A stretch of 64,000 nucleotides of DNA from Octopus sinensis (Eukaryota). The translations under genes were made by a program, and so were the position numbers. Shown in pieces: positions 49,366 to 62,071 of this stretch. Within the stretch, counting starts at the first letter, position 1. Every line of letters begins with the position of its first letter. Under the pieces are notes generated by a model. That model was not told the DNA's origin and ran no database searches. It saw only the letters and a program-made list of their open reading frames with translations. The DNA lies in NCBI RefSeq assembly GCF_006345805.1, contig NC_043000.1, positions 14,508,001 to 14,572,000 on the forward strand, read 5' to 3'.

Positions 49366-49671
49366 CTGGCAAACAGAGAAAAACAGAACATTAGAATGGA
49401 TTAGTATAACAGGGAAGTGGGTAGAGATAATCTCTGAGGCTATCCTAGGGTAGTAACAATATATAATTCAGTCATGCTGGTAAAAATATACAGCTACAAG
49501 CATGGCTGTGGGGTTAAGAAGCTTGTTTTGCAATCATGTGGGTTTGGGTTCAGTCCTCCTACACAGTACCTTGGGCAAGTGTCTACTATAGCCTCAGGTT
49601 GACCAATGTCTCGTTAGTAAATATGGTAGATAGGAACTGAGTGAAAGTCCATTGTGAGCGTGTGTGTGTGT

Positions 49672-49989
49672 CACCATCATCATCATCATCATTGTTTAAC
49701 ATCCGTTTTCCATGCTAGCATGGGTTGGACGGTTCAACTGGGGTCTGGGAGGCCAGAAGGCTGCACCAGGCTCCAGTCTGATCTGGCAGTGTTTCTACAG
49801 CTGGATGCCCTTCCTAACGCCAACCACTCCGTGAGTGTAGTGGGTGCTTTTTACGAGCCACCGGCACAGGGGTCAGGGGTGGCTGGCAAACGGCCACAAT
49901 CGGTTGGTGCTTTTACGTGTCACCGACACGGATGCCAGTCAGGCGGCGCTGGCATCTGCCACGTTCGGACAGTGCTTTTTACATGTCAC

Positions 49990-49992
<3 letters not shown>
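49672..49992 (-). mobile_element. (GAT)n-tailed SINE
   Basis: Family sequence. Confidence 0.85.
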
Positions 49993-50039
<47 letters not shown>

Positions 50040-50353
50040 ATGTGTGTTTTGCTTGTTTTCCTACCACTTCTTGACAACTGGTGTTGGTTTGTTTACATCC
50101 CTGTATCTCAGCAATTCAGCAAAAGAGACTGACAGGATAAGTACCAGACTTAAAAATAAACATGGGGTTTGATTTGTTCAACTAAACCCTTCAAGGTGGT
50201 GCCCCGGCATGGCCACATGCCAAGGATTGAAACAAGTAAAAGATAAGAAAAAAACAGATAAATCCCAGAATTTTTCCGTATAGATGAGAATTTTAAGTTG
50301 AATGTAAGAGCAAGGATTAAAAGATTCGGCAAATAAATGTGTTGTGGATTTAC

Positions 50354-50386
50354 CTTCAAGCAAATATTACTCTGGAGACTAGAAAA
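50354..50386 (-). CDS. THADA: THADA 33-nt microexon (FSSLQSNICLK)
   Basis: Long poly-T acceptor tttctttccag, donor AAG|GTAAAT; phase 0-0; fills the expected gap in the protein. Confidence 0.7.
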
Positions 50387-50524
50387 CTGGAAAGAAAAAA
50401 AAAAAAGACAAAAACAAAACAGATATAAATTTCAGAGAATAAGGAGGGGGGGGGGTGTAAGAACAGAATTTAGAAAACAAAGATAATAAAAACAAACAAA
50501 ATACTATAGGATACATTTACATTT

Positions 50525-50873
50525 CTTCTACAACTACTACTACTACTGCTGCTGCTTGCACTGCTACTACTACTGCTTCTGCTGCTGCTGCTACTACTAC
50601 TGCTTCTGCTGCTGCTGCTACTACTACTACTGCTGCTGCTGCTTGCACTGCTACTACTACTGCTTCTGCTGCTGCTGCTACTACTACTGCTTCTGCTGCT
50701 GCTGCTACTACTACTACTACTGCTGCTGCTTGCACTGCTACTACTACTGCTTCTGCTGCTGCTACTACTGCTGCTTCTGCTACTACTACTGCTTCTGCTG
50801 CTACTACTGCTTCTGCTGCTACTACTGCTTCTGCTGCTACTACTACTACTACTACTACTGCTGCTGCTGCTTG

Positions 50874-50909
<36 letters not shown>

Positions 50910-50935
50910 CGCTGCTGCTGATCATCATCATCATT
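50525..50935. repeat. (CTG/CTA/CTT) trinucleotide array with an 87-nt higher-order period
   Basis: cttgca marker at 50555, 50642, 50729, 50870. Confidence 0.9.
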
Positions 50936-52044
50936 GTTGTAGTTGGTGGAGGTATGCGGCTTAGTGGTTAGGGTTTTGGACTTACAGTTGTAAGATTATG
51001 GTTTTGGTTCCTGGACCAGGCAATGCATTGTGGTCCGGAGCGAAACCCTTCATTTCGCTTTGTTCCAGTTAATTCAGCTGGCAAAATTGAGTAATCTTGC
51101 AATGGTGCAGCATCCCTTAAAGGGAGGAATATTTGTGCCACAGAAACCAGGAAACCTTATGAGTCTATATTGACTTGAGAAGGATCTGTCAGCCTCATCA
51201 CCATCATTGTTTAACATCCACCTTTCATGCTAGGATGAATCAGATGGAATTTGTTGAGGCAGATTTTCCTACACATAGATGCTCTTCCTGTCACCCACCA
51301 TCACCTGTTCCCAAGAAAGGTGATATTTTCCAATGACCAGGCATGTTTCCATGGAAGAGTTGAAATGAAGGACACTGCAAGATGGTGACACATACTTACA
51401 GCCATCATGTGATGTCAAGGCAAGGAGAGAGTAATGCACAGAAATTAATAAGGCAGCAAGATGGCAGAAACATTAGCACGCTGGGCGAAATGCTTAGGTA
51501 TTTCGTCTGCCGTTACGTTCTGAGTTCAAATTCCGCTGAGGTCGACTTTGCCTTTCATCCTTTCGGGGTCAATAGATTAAGTACCAGTTACGCACTGGGA
51601 ACGATGTCATCGACTTAATCCCTTTGTCTGTCTTTGTTTGTCCCCTCTATGTTTAGCCCCTTGTGGTCAATAAATAAATAAGAAATTAATAAATGTATAA
51701 AGGCACAGGTGTGGCTGTTTAGGTGAGAAATTTACCTCCCATCAACATGGTTTAAGGTTTAGTCTCACAGCATGACATCTTCTACTATAGCTCTGGGCTG
51801 ACCAAAGTCTTGTAAATGGATTTTGGTAAACTGAAAGAAGCTCATATGGATATATCTATATCTATGCATGCACATGTGCGTGCTTGTGCTTCTTTTCTTT
51901 GCAATCGCACGACAGTTGTAAATAGGGGTCTCTGTCATAAAAGCAGTGTCATGTCATCATTCATTTCCAATATTCTGTCTGGCCATGGGGACATATGCCT
52001 AATGTATATGCCCTAAGAGGTCATGAATAGTGACTTCAGTTTAA

Positions 52045-52550
52045 CCCTTTTGTGACCAACCCTGCTGAAACCGGCTCTGGCTCTGAGTACAAATGTCTTG
52101 TTTTCAAAAGTTCTGAATTAAAATCCTCCACCAAACCTTAGCCACAATTAATGTTCCTATTACTAGCTTAATGATAACTAAGTTATTTTGCTAAATTCTT
52201 TGTTATATTTAAAATTAATTGAAAGAAACACAGATCACCTCAAAAGAAATATGGTAATGAAAGGGTTAAAGGAATCTTTTCCAGACAAAAGACTGCAGCT
52301 CTTGGAGTTTAACAACACGTGTACATTAACCCTTTCATTACCAACCCAGCTGAAACCACCTCTGGCTCTGTAGTACAAATGTCTTGTTTTCATAAGTTTT
52401 GAATTAAAATCTTCCACCAAACCTTAGACATAATTTATGTTTCTAACACTAACTTAATGATAACTGAGTTATTTTGCTAAATTCTTTGTTATATTTAAAG
52501 TAATTGAAAGAAACACAGAGCATCTCAAAATAAATACAGTAACAAAAGGT
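52045..52550. mobile_element. Two adjacent piggyBac-type MITEs (52045-52265, 52330-52550)
   Basis: TTAA-flanked copies of the 11747 family. Confidence 0.8.
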
Positions 52551-52619
52551 TTAATATGGTCATATAGGTGATATTGTGAGAAGTAAAGTCAATCTGAGAA
52601 CATTCTGATGTTAACTTAC

Positions 52620-52725
52620 CTGTTTTAGTGAAGATAAAAGGGGTAAAGAATGGACAAAATGTGCAGCCCAGTTTCTCACTTCGTTGATGTCATCTTGTAA
52701 TAAATACAAAGCTGTGTGGAAGATT
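52620..52725 (-). CDS. THADA: THADA exon (IFHTALYLLQDDINEVRNWAAHFV...)
   Basis: ttcttccag / GTAAGT; 106 nt; LLQD..EVR..AA resembles THADA LLQSEEQAVRDAA. Confidence 0.85.
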
Positions 52726-53035
52726 CTGGAAGAAATAAAAAAATATATTTGGATGATTGAAGGAACTTATTGAAGTGTAACAGATACTGCATTGATAGGA
52801 TGGATACAGAAGGGTTTTGGGGTAGCACTCACTCCTGCCTGTGTTGCAGCCCCCAACTGGTGGGACACCTACTTGACTTGCTTGAGGGGATGCTCCAAAC
52901 TGATGGACGAATAGGATATAACCTGCCTTACTACTGTTTATAATAGAGTAAATTTACAAGATGTCCCAGGATGAGGTTGTATATTTATATGGAGCTGTTC
53001 AACTTAGAAGTGAACTGTGACTAAATAACAACAGA

Positions 53036-53830
53036 TACAAGGTCTGATCAATAAGTATCTGGACTGTTGTCATAGTAACAGAGCTAAAGCACTCAAAGTA
53101 AAGTCGCTTGGCAAAGATTGACCTTGAACTCTGCTGTGCATGCACACTAAGTTTTAACATTCTAGCTAACCTCTGCTGTTTACAGCAGTGCTTGGAAGGA
53201 AGGTGTGTAGCGTGTGATCGTTGCATTGACCATGACAGAGAAAGTTGTTATGGCGACACCTGCTCAGAGGCCTACGCAAAGTTGCAGAAAGTGCAAGGAG
53301 AGGAGTGTATGAGTGTATGAGTGATACAGACGTTTCCAAGATGGCTGGAAAAATGTCAATATTGATAAATGTCTGGAAGTTCCACAACCAGCAGAACTGA
53401 GAAAAACACTACAGATCATCATCATCATCATCATCATCATCATTTAACGTCCGTTCCCCATGCTAGCATGGGTTGGACGGTTCGACCGGGATCTGGGAAG
53501 CCAGAAGGCTGCACCAGGCTCCAGTCTTGATCTGGCAGAGTTTCTACAGATGGATGCCCTTCCTAACGCCAACCACTCCGTGAGTGTAGTGGGTACTTTT
53601 TACGTGCCACCTGCACAAGTGCCAGACGAGGCTGGCAACGGCCACGATCGGATTGGTGCATTTTACGTGCCACCGGCACGGAAGCCAGTCGAGGCGGCAC
53701 TGGCTTCGGCCACGATTCGGATGGTGCTTTTTACGTGCCACCATCCGAATTGTGGCCGCACCATCCGCGAGTTGTCAGAGGAAGTGTGGCTTAGTTACAT
53801 TTCAGTTCAGTCCATTATCAGTGAGATGCA
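53036..53830 (+). mobile_element. Mariner remnant split by a (GAT)n-tailed SINE (about 53415-53750)
   Basis: TIR-like tacaaggtctgatcaataagtatc; TIRELSEEV...SVQSII helix-turn-helix remnant. Confidence 0.7.
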
Positions 53831-54224
53831 GAATGTGAGAAGACAGGGCCCTTTGAATTACAGGTACAACACATTTTCGCCAGCTGAGTAGACTGGAGCA
53901 ACGTGAAATAAAGCGTCTTGCTCAAGGACACAACATGCTGCTAGGTATCAAACTGACGACCTTACAATCGTGAGCTGAATACCCCTAGCCACTGAACCAT
54001 GTGTTTTCACACACAGTATCTGGACTGTTGTCATAGGGTTAAACTGAAGTCACTATTCATGACCTCTTAGGGCATATACATTAGGCATATGTCCCCATGG
54101 CCAGACAGAATATTGGAAATGAATGATGACCTGATACTGCTTTTATGACAGAGACCCCCATTTACAACTGTCATGTGATTGCAAAGCAAAGAAGCACAAA
54201 AAAAAAAAAAACAAAAACACCATC

Positions 54225-54450
54225 CGTTCGTCAGCCTCGTCTGGCACCTGTGTCGGTGGCACATAAAAAGCACCCACTACACTCACGGAGTGGTTGGCGT
54301 TAGGAAGGGCATCCAGCTGTAGAAACACTGCCAGATCTGACTGGCCTGGTGCAGCCTTCGGGCTTCCCAGACCCCAGTTGAACCGTCCAACCCATGCTAG
54401 CATGGAAAGCGGACGTTAAACGATGATGATGATGATGATGATGATGATGA
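54225..54450 (+). mobile_element. (GAT)n-tailed SINE
   Basis: Family sequence. Confidence 0.85.
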
Positions 54451-54601
54451 GTATATAAATGTTGACTGAACAGATATACTGGGTAAACGTTAAGTGGACA
54501 GCTTCACAATGCTACAGATATAGGCCTCTAGTTTTACTCTTAATGTAACTCATTATCTTTGAAAGTTTAACGAACAAGTGAATAGAAGTTCAATTACTTA
54601 C

Positions 54602-54781
54602 TTGTATGAAATTTCTTTTTGAGATACTGGGGAGATACTTTTGGCCAAGAGGTTAATCGTGGAGAGTACAGCGTTACCAGCAATGGCTAAGGACTGGCTG
54701 AGTGCCATGCGTAGATTACTATCAACATTTCCCAATTGTTGGAACAGATAACTAGACCACATGAGGTAGAGCTCTTCAAAC
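54602..54781 (-). CDS. THADA: THADA exon (FEELYLMWSSY...KEISY)
   Basis: gttccag / GTAAGT; 180 nt; phase 2-2; open frame. Confidence 0.8.
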
Positions 54782-56024
54782 CTGGAACATTAAAAAGAAA
54801 AACAAAAAAAAGGGGTCAGAAACAAGAAAGAAGTAAATTTCCATTTACTTTTCATTTACGAAATATTTCTTTTCTTTTATGAAATATAATAGAACAGATA
54901 TGTAGTAGTTATGATGCTAAGATGCTGGTCTTATATTCCCAGTGGCATAAGCTCAAACAGACTACTGATTTCAGGTTTTTTTAACAAGATGTGTAGTGCA
55001 GAAGACAGGCAGAGAGACTTGAACAGACATGGAGTAGAGAGGGATGTCATTGAAGAGGGTGTGAATGAGGGCAAAAGGACTTTGATAAACCTGACTGATT
55101 AACTGACAATAAATTGACTAATGATAATAAAAGTGCATGTGTTTATTATTGACATAATGACCCACCCAAGATTGCAGCAAAATTTGTTTCAACACATGGG
55201 GTTACATCAAATATCTTGCAAACCAAATACAATAATGAAATGTGTAGTGGAACTCCTTGGGAAAATAAAAATGCCAATCATTTTACAGAGTGTATCGGGT
55301 GTTTTTTACATAGCACCATCAGCAGTAAAGTCACTGAGTAACTTGCACAGGGCAAGATCCCCTCAACTGAGTGGGGAATGGCATTGAGGGTCAGAAAAAG
55401 GTGTCTTGCATTAGAAAAGAAACATGGCTCCCTCAGATGGAGAGAGAGAGAGAGATAGGGGATAGAAAGACAGTGAAGGTGTGATGGGGATGAGAAAGGG
55501 CCCATAAACCCAAATTCCAGGAAGGTGAATAAAGTGAAGTGGATGGGGAATTGGAGAGGGTGCATGGGTGGGTGAGCTCACAAAACTACAAAGGGAGAAT
55601 GGGAGCTGGTGGTGGTGGTGGAATATGTTGTGTAGGCACAGGTAGAGGGAGGGGGCATTAGGAGGATATCTTGTAGGGAAGGGACACAACAGGGACATAT
55701 TGTGTGCAGGTAGGTACAGGAGGGAGGAAGGAGGGGAGAGGAATACAGCAATAATGTGCATGGGTGAGGGAGTCAGGAAGGTGTCTGGAAGATAGGTTGA
55801 GAAGGGAGGTAGGGCATGGATGGACAAATGCCTACAAAAAGTAAATTCACTGACTTAAAAATGGACACACTGAACAGAGTAGTCCTACATATACCATATC
55901 TGAATAACAGACAGAACAATCGTGAGTGAAACACCCATAATTCACAGACCTGTTATGGCAAGTCAGAGGACAAACAACAACAACAACAATCACTATAAAC
56001 ATATTAATTAATTAGTTTACTTAC

Positions 56025-56296
56025 TTTGTGGTGGAGGGTGAAGTGGAGATCAGTTTAGTGCAGATACTCAGAGCTGGCAGGATTGTTGACTGAAGTGCCG
56101 TACCAATACCAACAGAGAGCAACTCCTCACGCAGCTGGTTGAGTATGATGTTAATGTCTTCAGTCCTTAAATGCAGGTGGGTGTAATTGTCAAAGTGGTC
56201 AGACCATTTCAGATAGACGGCATTGAATAAATCAAGCACCGTGATTTGTATTGGACTGTATCGACTGACATTTAACTGCAGACTAATAAACTGCTC
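56025..56296 (-). CDS. THADA: THADA exon (EQFISLQLN...SPSTT)
   Basis: tacacag / GTAAGT; 272 nt; phase 0 to 2. Confidence 0.8.
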
Positions 56297-57474
56297 CTGT
56301 GTAATAGACAGAAAAAGTGTTTAATGTAATAGTTTAGGGAGTACATTTTATATATAAATATGCATATATGCACATATTCTCAACTACACATAAATACCAC
56401 AAATATTTCAACACCAATAATGTTAATGTAAGTTACTCATGTCTAAACAACACTGCTTCCCATATCTCATATCAAAATTTAAAACACACACCTAATCAAC
56501 CACTATCCTAAAGCCCAACTTGTAAGTTCAGAAATCTCCACTTAGAGGCTTGTGATTCTAATGCACCACATAGAGTGCATATATAACATCTACAGATGAT
56601 GTTGGTTTCAGTCTCTGGCACAAGGCCAGCAAGTTCATGGGAGGAGTAAGTTGACTGCATTGACCCTAGACTAGAACTCAATGAAAAGATGAAAGGTAAA
56701 GTCAGCCTTGATGGAATTTGAACTCAGAACATAAACATGGATGAAATGTCACTAAGCATTTTACCTGATATGCAAATGATCCTGCCAGCTTGCCACCTTA
56801 CATCTACAGATAATATTAACCAGATTATATAGGACTCACTCCAAACACTTTTAAGAGATGATACAACCAACATATACACATATGTCACAAATGGAAATTG
56901 AGAAAATAGTAGAACTGAATGTGTCTCTAGAATATCTTCAAGTGAATAACTTCATACACTAATGGTACAAGAAATTCCAGATTCTGAAACAGCAACCATG
57001 ATTACTAAAGAAAAGATCTTTTGGAGAATTTTCCTTGGAAAAATTCATTGAATCAGAAAATTTGAAAATTCTTTGCATTTCAAAAAATTAGAATTTTCAG
57101 ATAAAAGTTTACTTGCTAGGTGATAGACTGCTCCTATATACACTCTCTTTGATATACAGGTTTTTTTGTCAGTAATATAAATGATATTCCAGAGTGACTT
57201 ATGATGTCCCAGTTAATATGATGCAATACATCCATCAAAGAAAAAGATAGTTTCTATGTGGTTGTTTGAAGTGCTAGGAATAGTAGTTAAATCTCTCTCA
57301 AACCACACTACTGTTAAAAAAAAAAGAGAACACATTAAATTGTGTAATTCTAGATACATTATGGCTGAATAAAAGTCCAGATGGTCATGACTGGAATGTC
57401 ACTGATAATAGGTTTGTTCAATCAGGGCTGACCTGGGGCTAAACAACAACAACATAAATAAAACATATACATAC

Positions 57475-57687
57475 CATTACACTTTCCCAGAATGTTACAG
57501 GGAGTTTTTTGGACTGCAGGTATTGGTGTAAGGTCTGGCAGCACCGTTCTTGTACTTCATAACATTTTGAAGTGAGGAGCAAGTCAACAACTGGCTTTAG
57601 ACTGTCAGCTTCTCCAGCGACATAACTTGCAGTTGTACAATGAAACAGCAGTTCAGCATGCTCAGATAACATGCTTGAGAAACCAAT
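57475..57687 (-). CDS. THADA: THADA exon (IGFSSML...CYEVQ...ESVM)
   Basis: catacag / GTATGT; 213 nt; phase 0-0. Confidence 0.82.
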
Positions 57688-57807
57688 CTGTATGAAGAAA
57701 ACAGAAACAGAATCAGGTTTGTTTCTTAATGATTTCTGCTTTTAAATAACATGCAAATGTTAAACACATTTTGGATTTTACATCACTAAGAATTTTTAAG
57801 CTAACAC

Positions 57808-58290
57808 CATTATCGTTTAACGTCTGCTTTCCATGCTAGCATGGGTTGGATGGTTTGACTGAAGGCTTGTGAGCCAGAAGGCTGCACCAGGCCCCAATCT
57901 GATCCGTCAATGTTTCTACAGCTGGATGCCCTTCATAACATTAACCACTCCGAGAGTGTAATGGGTGCTTTTTACATGTCACCGGCATGAGGGCCAGTCA
58001 GGCGGTACTGGCATCGGCCATGCTCAAATAGCACTTTTTATGTGCCACCAAGCACAGAAGCCAGTCTGACAGCACTAGCAATAACTATGCTCAAATGGTG
58101 TTTTATACATGCCACCAGCACAGGAGCCAGTCATGCTTGAATGGTGCTTTTTACATGCTACCAACATGGGAGCTAGTCAGTGGCCGTGGCAACGATCATG
58201 CTTGAATGGTGCTTTTAATGTTCCATTGGCATGGGTGCCAATCAGGTGGTACTGTCATCAGCCACGATGATTTCACGTGACTCAACAGGT
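57808..58290 (-). mobile_element. SINE of the (GAT)n-tailed family with internal tandem units
   Basis: Family sequence. Confidence 0.8.
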
Positions 58291-58907
58291 CTTCCCAAGC
58301 ATAGTTTATTGTCAGCCATTCAAGAATTTGGACCTAGAGATCTCCATTTCCAGCGACTTCGAGGGCCACCTCCCAGTGGTGTCAGGCGTCAATGAAGAGC
58401 CCTCAACTACAACAAGACGACCAAAGTTTTTTTCTTTTTTTTTCCCAAGGTCTAGGGTCTCCCACCCCCTAAGCCCTAGACCATCACCTAATTACCCTTA
58501 CCTGTCTTGTTGCTTAACAACAACAACAACAACAACAAGCATAGTTTATTGTCCAATGGTTGAAGGGTACTATTAAATGGACTGATTATACAGCACTGGC
58601 TTTGGCCAATATCTTTTGAAATGTAAATGTTTAAAACACATGTTACACTCTTAGGTTTTTAAGCAGATTTTACAGAGGTTTGCCAACATCCTGTGATGTA
58701 GGGATTACAAGCATGAGGTGTAAAGTAGTGACAGAAATTAGGTTCCTTTAGGAGAGGCCATTCTATTGCAAGTATTCAGACTAGCTCTCCTATGGGATTC
58801 CATGAGTTATGGTTGCTTTCCCTGACCCCTACCTCATATGCCTTGATGTTTCTATCCTGAATAAGCCATGAAAAAAAAAAGCAAACAAATTTTTACAGAA
58901 AACTTAC

Positions 58908-59133
58908 AGTAGGACTATTCTTGGTGGTTGATTCAATTTGTTGCCACAGATGGGTGCAAAGTTGACTCCAGTTGTCACCCAGAAAGTCGATACCAGGGGT
59001 TGCCAACACTGTATTCTTGATTATTTGAATTAATCTAGCTTGTATTAATCCACATGATGGTGGATCCAGAGGAAAATCTTGTGGAAAAGCTAAGTTAATC
59101 AGCTTCTGTAAAATACTCTTCAAATCATCTTTG
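58908..59133 (-). CDS. THADA: THADA exon (KDDLKSILQK...KNSPT)
   Basis: actttcag / GTAAGT; 226 nt; phase 2 to 0. Confidence 0.8.
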
Positions 59134-59262
59134 CTGAAAGTATAATGAAACAAATACAAAAGCAACAATTTAGAATATTTTAATTCCACGAAACAAGATT
59201 TTTACATCTCACAAACAATTTCCCTATTGTATATATATTTGCAACCATTATCTTGCCATATA

Positions 59263-59560
59263 ATCTCTCTATATATAAACAGCAAAATGTCTGTGTGTGT
59301 GTCCTTTATACAAATCCACAATTTTTCAGTTAGAGGGCTCGCACTTTCTATGGTCATTTAAAACCGTCCAAGGGTGGTCGTGCACATCTTTATATTTCCC
59401 CAGTCACCCCGCAAAGCCATTAAAAAATCAATAGAAGTGACTTTTTTGTGAATTTTCTATCCAAAACCCAATCAAAATGCCCAAAACTTGATACGCCAAT
59501 TGAATGCCAACTAGCTGTATGAGGTTGGCATGGGTGCCAGTCGTCGAATTTGGTTCGACT
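59263..59560 (+). mobile_element. Helitron-like 5' fragment
   Basis: A|TCTCTCTATATATAAA start typical of the Helitrons in this window; no 3' end seen. Confidence 0.45.
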
Positions 59561-60287
59561 TCGAATTCAATTTTGATATTTAAAGTAATTGAAAGAAACA
59601 CAGAGCATCTCAAAATAAATACAGTAACAAAAGGGTTAAGGAAACACAGTGTTTTTGGAATTTTCAGCCGCTTATATTCAGTTGGTCAAACAAGTGAATG
59701 TTCATTACTGAAACTGGCGGCAATCCATCATGTCTGAGATAAGTTTGATCATAGATCTACTGGATAACTATTGATTTGTGGGAAAAAAAAAAAAACAACT
59801 ACATGGCGACTTAACCTCATACAAACAGCAGCCAAATGTTCCTCGAACAATATTATACTACCTTTTAAAATGCAAGGATATATATTGGATAAAACAGTCT
59901 GAAATACCCTGAATCTAAGGGTGGTTGATCATGGCTGGAATGTCTTTGAACATAGCTCTGTTGGATCATGACTTACCTGGGGCTAAACAGCAACATATAT
60001 TTATCTAGTAAAAGGGAAGAGAAATCCTATATTGAGGATGAAGAACTTACAGACTCAAGTGATTCATCATCTCTCAGGAACTTCAATGTGGTTGTTTGAC
60101 CTAGTAGAAATAACAGCTAAATTTCCCTCAGATCAAATTTAATATATTCCCTATATAAACTGTTTCTAACAAGATGATCACAACTGGAATACCTTTGATA
60201 ACAGGCCTGCTTAATTAGGGCTGACCAGGGTCTAAAAGACAAGGTCACAAGTTAAAGGCTTTTTAGAGTGATTAAACCGATGCTTAC

Positions 60288-60512
60288 TTCCAACTTTGAG
60301 CTTGTAGGAGTTTCTCAACAAATATGAATATTCCATGGACTTTATTGTGCTGATCCTGAATATTGGGTATCTGGTGCAAGAGCATGATGATTTTATTGTG
60401 CCTTTGAGACGGTGCAGTTACTGCAACCATTGCACTAGCAGCAAGCTCTCGCATCTGATAGACTCGGCTCTCAGTAAGTGGCTCAATCAGCATGCTGAAC
60501 TGATCACATAAG
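60288..60512 (-). CDS. THADA: THADA exon (LCDQF...SRVYQMRELAASAMV...HNKVHG)
   Basis: cattccag / GTAAGC; matches THADA SPVYHSREMAARALV...QNHIHG. Confidence 0.92.
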
Positions 60513-61464
60513 CTGGAATGAAAAATAGGAGATGGATTATCAGAAATGCTGATCAGGAAGTGAATTAAAAACATAACGAGACTATGTCATTCTAAAAACA
60601 AATAATCTCCTCTCTCTCTTTTGGAGAGGCACAAGCACCTACACGCACATATACACACACGGCAGTAACTTCCAACAACCAAATTCAATCATAAAGCTTC
60701 AGTCAGCCAGGGGCTATAGCAGAAGACACTTGCCCCAAGTGCCACGTGGTGGGACTGAATCCGAGACCATGTAGCTAGAAAGCAAGCTCCCTAACCACAC
60801 AGCCATGCCCGTGCCTACAAAAAATTGTATGTACATATGCGCAGCGCTAAGCGTGTGGCAAACTTTCTACGGCCAGATGTGTTATTGAAATCTTGTAATT
60901 CAAAAAACCTATCCTAAAACCAAGGTGCCACACAAAAAAGAACACTGGTGTTGGTGATGGTGCCATGTAAAAGGCACTGGTACTGGTGCCATATAAGAAG
61001 TACTGGTGATGGTGCCACATATAAAGCAATGGTGCTGGTGCCACATAAAAACACTGGTGATAGTGCCATGAAAAAAAGCACCCAGGACACTCTTATTTCT
61101 TTATTGCCCACAAGGGGCTAAACACAGAGGGGACAAACAAGGACAGACAAACGGATCAAGTCGATTATATCAACCCCAGTGCATAACTGGTACTTATTTA
61201 ATCGACCCCGAAAGGATGAAAGGCAAAGTCGACCTCGGCAGAATTTGAACTCAGAACGTAACGGCAAACAAAATACCGTTAAGCACTTCGCCTGGCATGC
61301 TAACATTTCTGTAAAGTGGTTGGCATTAGGAAGGGCATCCAGCTGTAGAAATCAAGCGAAAACAGACTATGGATGCTGGTGTGGCCCTTGGCTTTGCCAG
61401 TTCCTGCCAAGTCATCCAACTCATGCCAGCATGGAAAATGGATATTCAATGTCAGTAAATATGC

Positions 61465-61740
61465 ATTATCATCATTTAACGTCCGTTTTCCATGCTAGCA
61501 TGGGTTGGACGGTTTGACCGGGGTCTGGTAAGCCACGGAGGTTGCACCAGGCTCTGGTCTGATTTGGCAGTGTTTCTATGGCCGGATGCCCTTCCTAATG
61601 CCAACCACTCCATGAGTGTAGTGGGTGTTTTTTACATGCCACCAGCACAGGGGCCAGAGCAGGCTGGCAAATGGCCACGATTGGTTGGTGCTTTTATGTG
61701 TCACCAACACAGACGCCAGTCAGGCGGTGCTGGCATCATT
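61465..61740 (-). mobile_element. (GAT)n-tailed SINE
   Basis: Family sequence. Confidence 0.82.
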
Positions 61741-61833
61741 ACATTTGATAGAATAATCCGAATGCTAAAGAGTTAAATGTCACTCATCCTTAAGCCTCCA
61801 GAAAGTAAAAGTAAGTTCTAATTTGCAACTTAC

Positions 61834-62071
61834 TTCACAGTGTCATCCTTGATCTTTTCACTGGCCCCTACATTGGAGAGAAGCGTCAAAACAGGAAACA
61901 AAGACGGCTGAATATGGATGGTTCTCTGAACATTCTTTGACTGAGACAATTTTGACAGAAGGAATGGCAGAAGATCTGGGAAGTGAACAGCCAATTCTTC
62001 AAGTGACATTGTATTTAAGACACATCCATCTTTAATTTTTTTCTGACCAAACATTCTTGTCATTAACGTAC
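61834..62071 (-). CDS. THADA: THADA exon (TLMTRMFGQKKIKD...HFPDLLPFLL...QPSLFPVLTLL); gene continues upstream beyond the window
   Basis: gtttccag / GTAAGT; matches THADA/Trm732 LITRIFG.K..KD...FPELYPFLL...HPSMF.LL.VL. Confidence 0.93.

Noticed and set aside
49366-49445. In-frame upstream extension of the THADA exon at 49365 (IASEIISTHF...)
   Set aside because: It would need a phase-2 acceptor, which is incompatible with the neighbouring exons; the 33-nt microexon explains the gap better.
50470-50934. Poly-Ser, Ala/Val and Cys/Tyr ORFs
   Set aside because: All arise from the trinucleotide array in a THADA intron.
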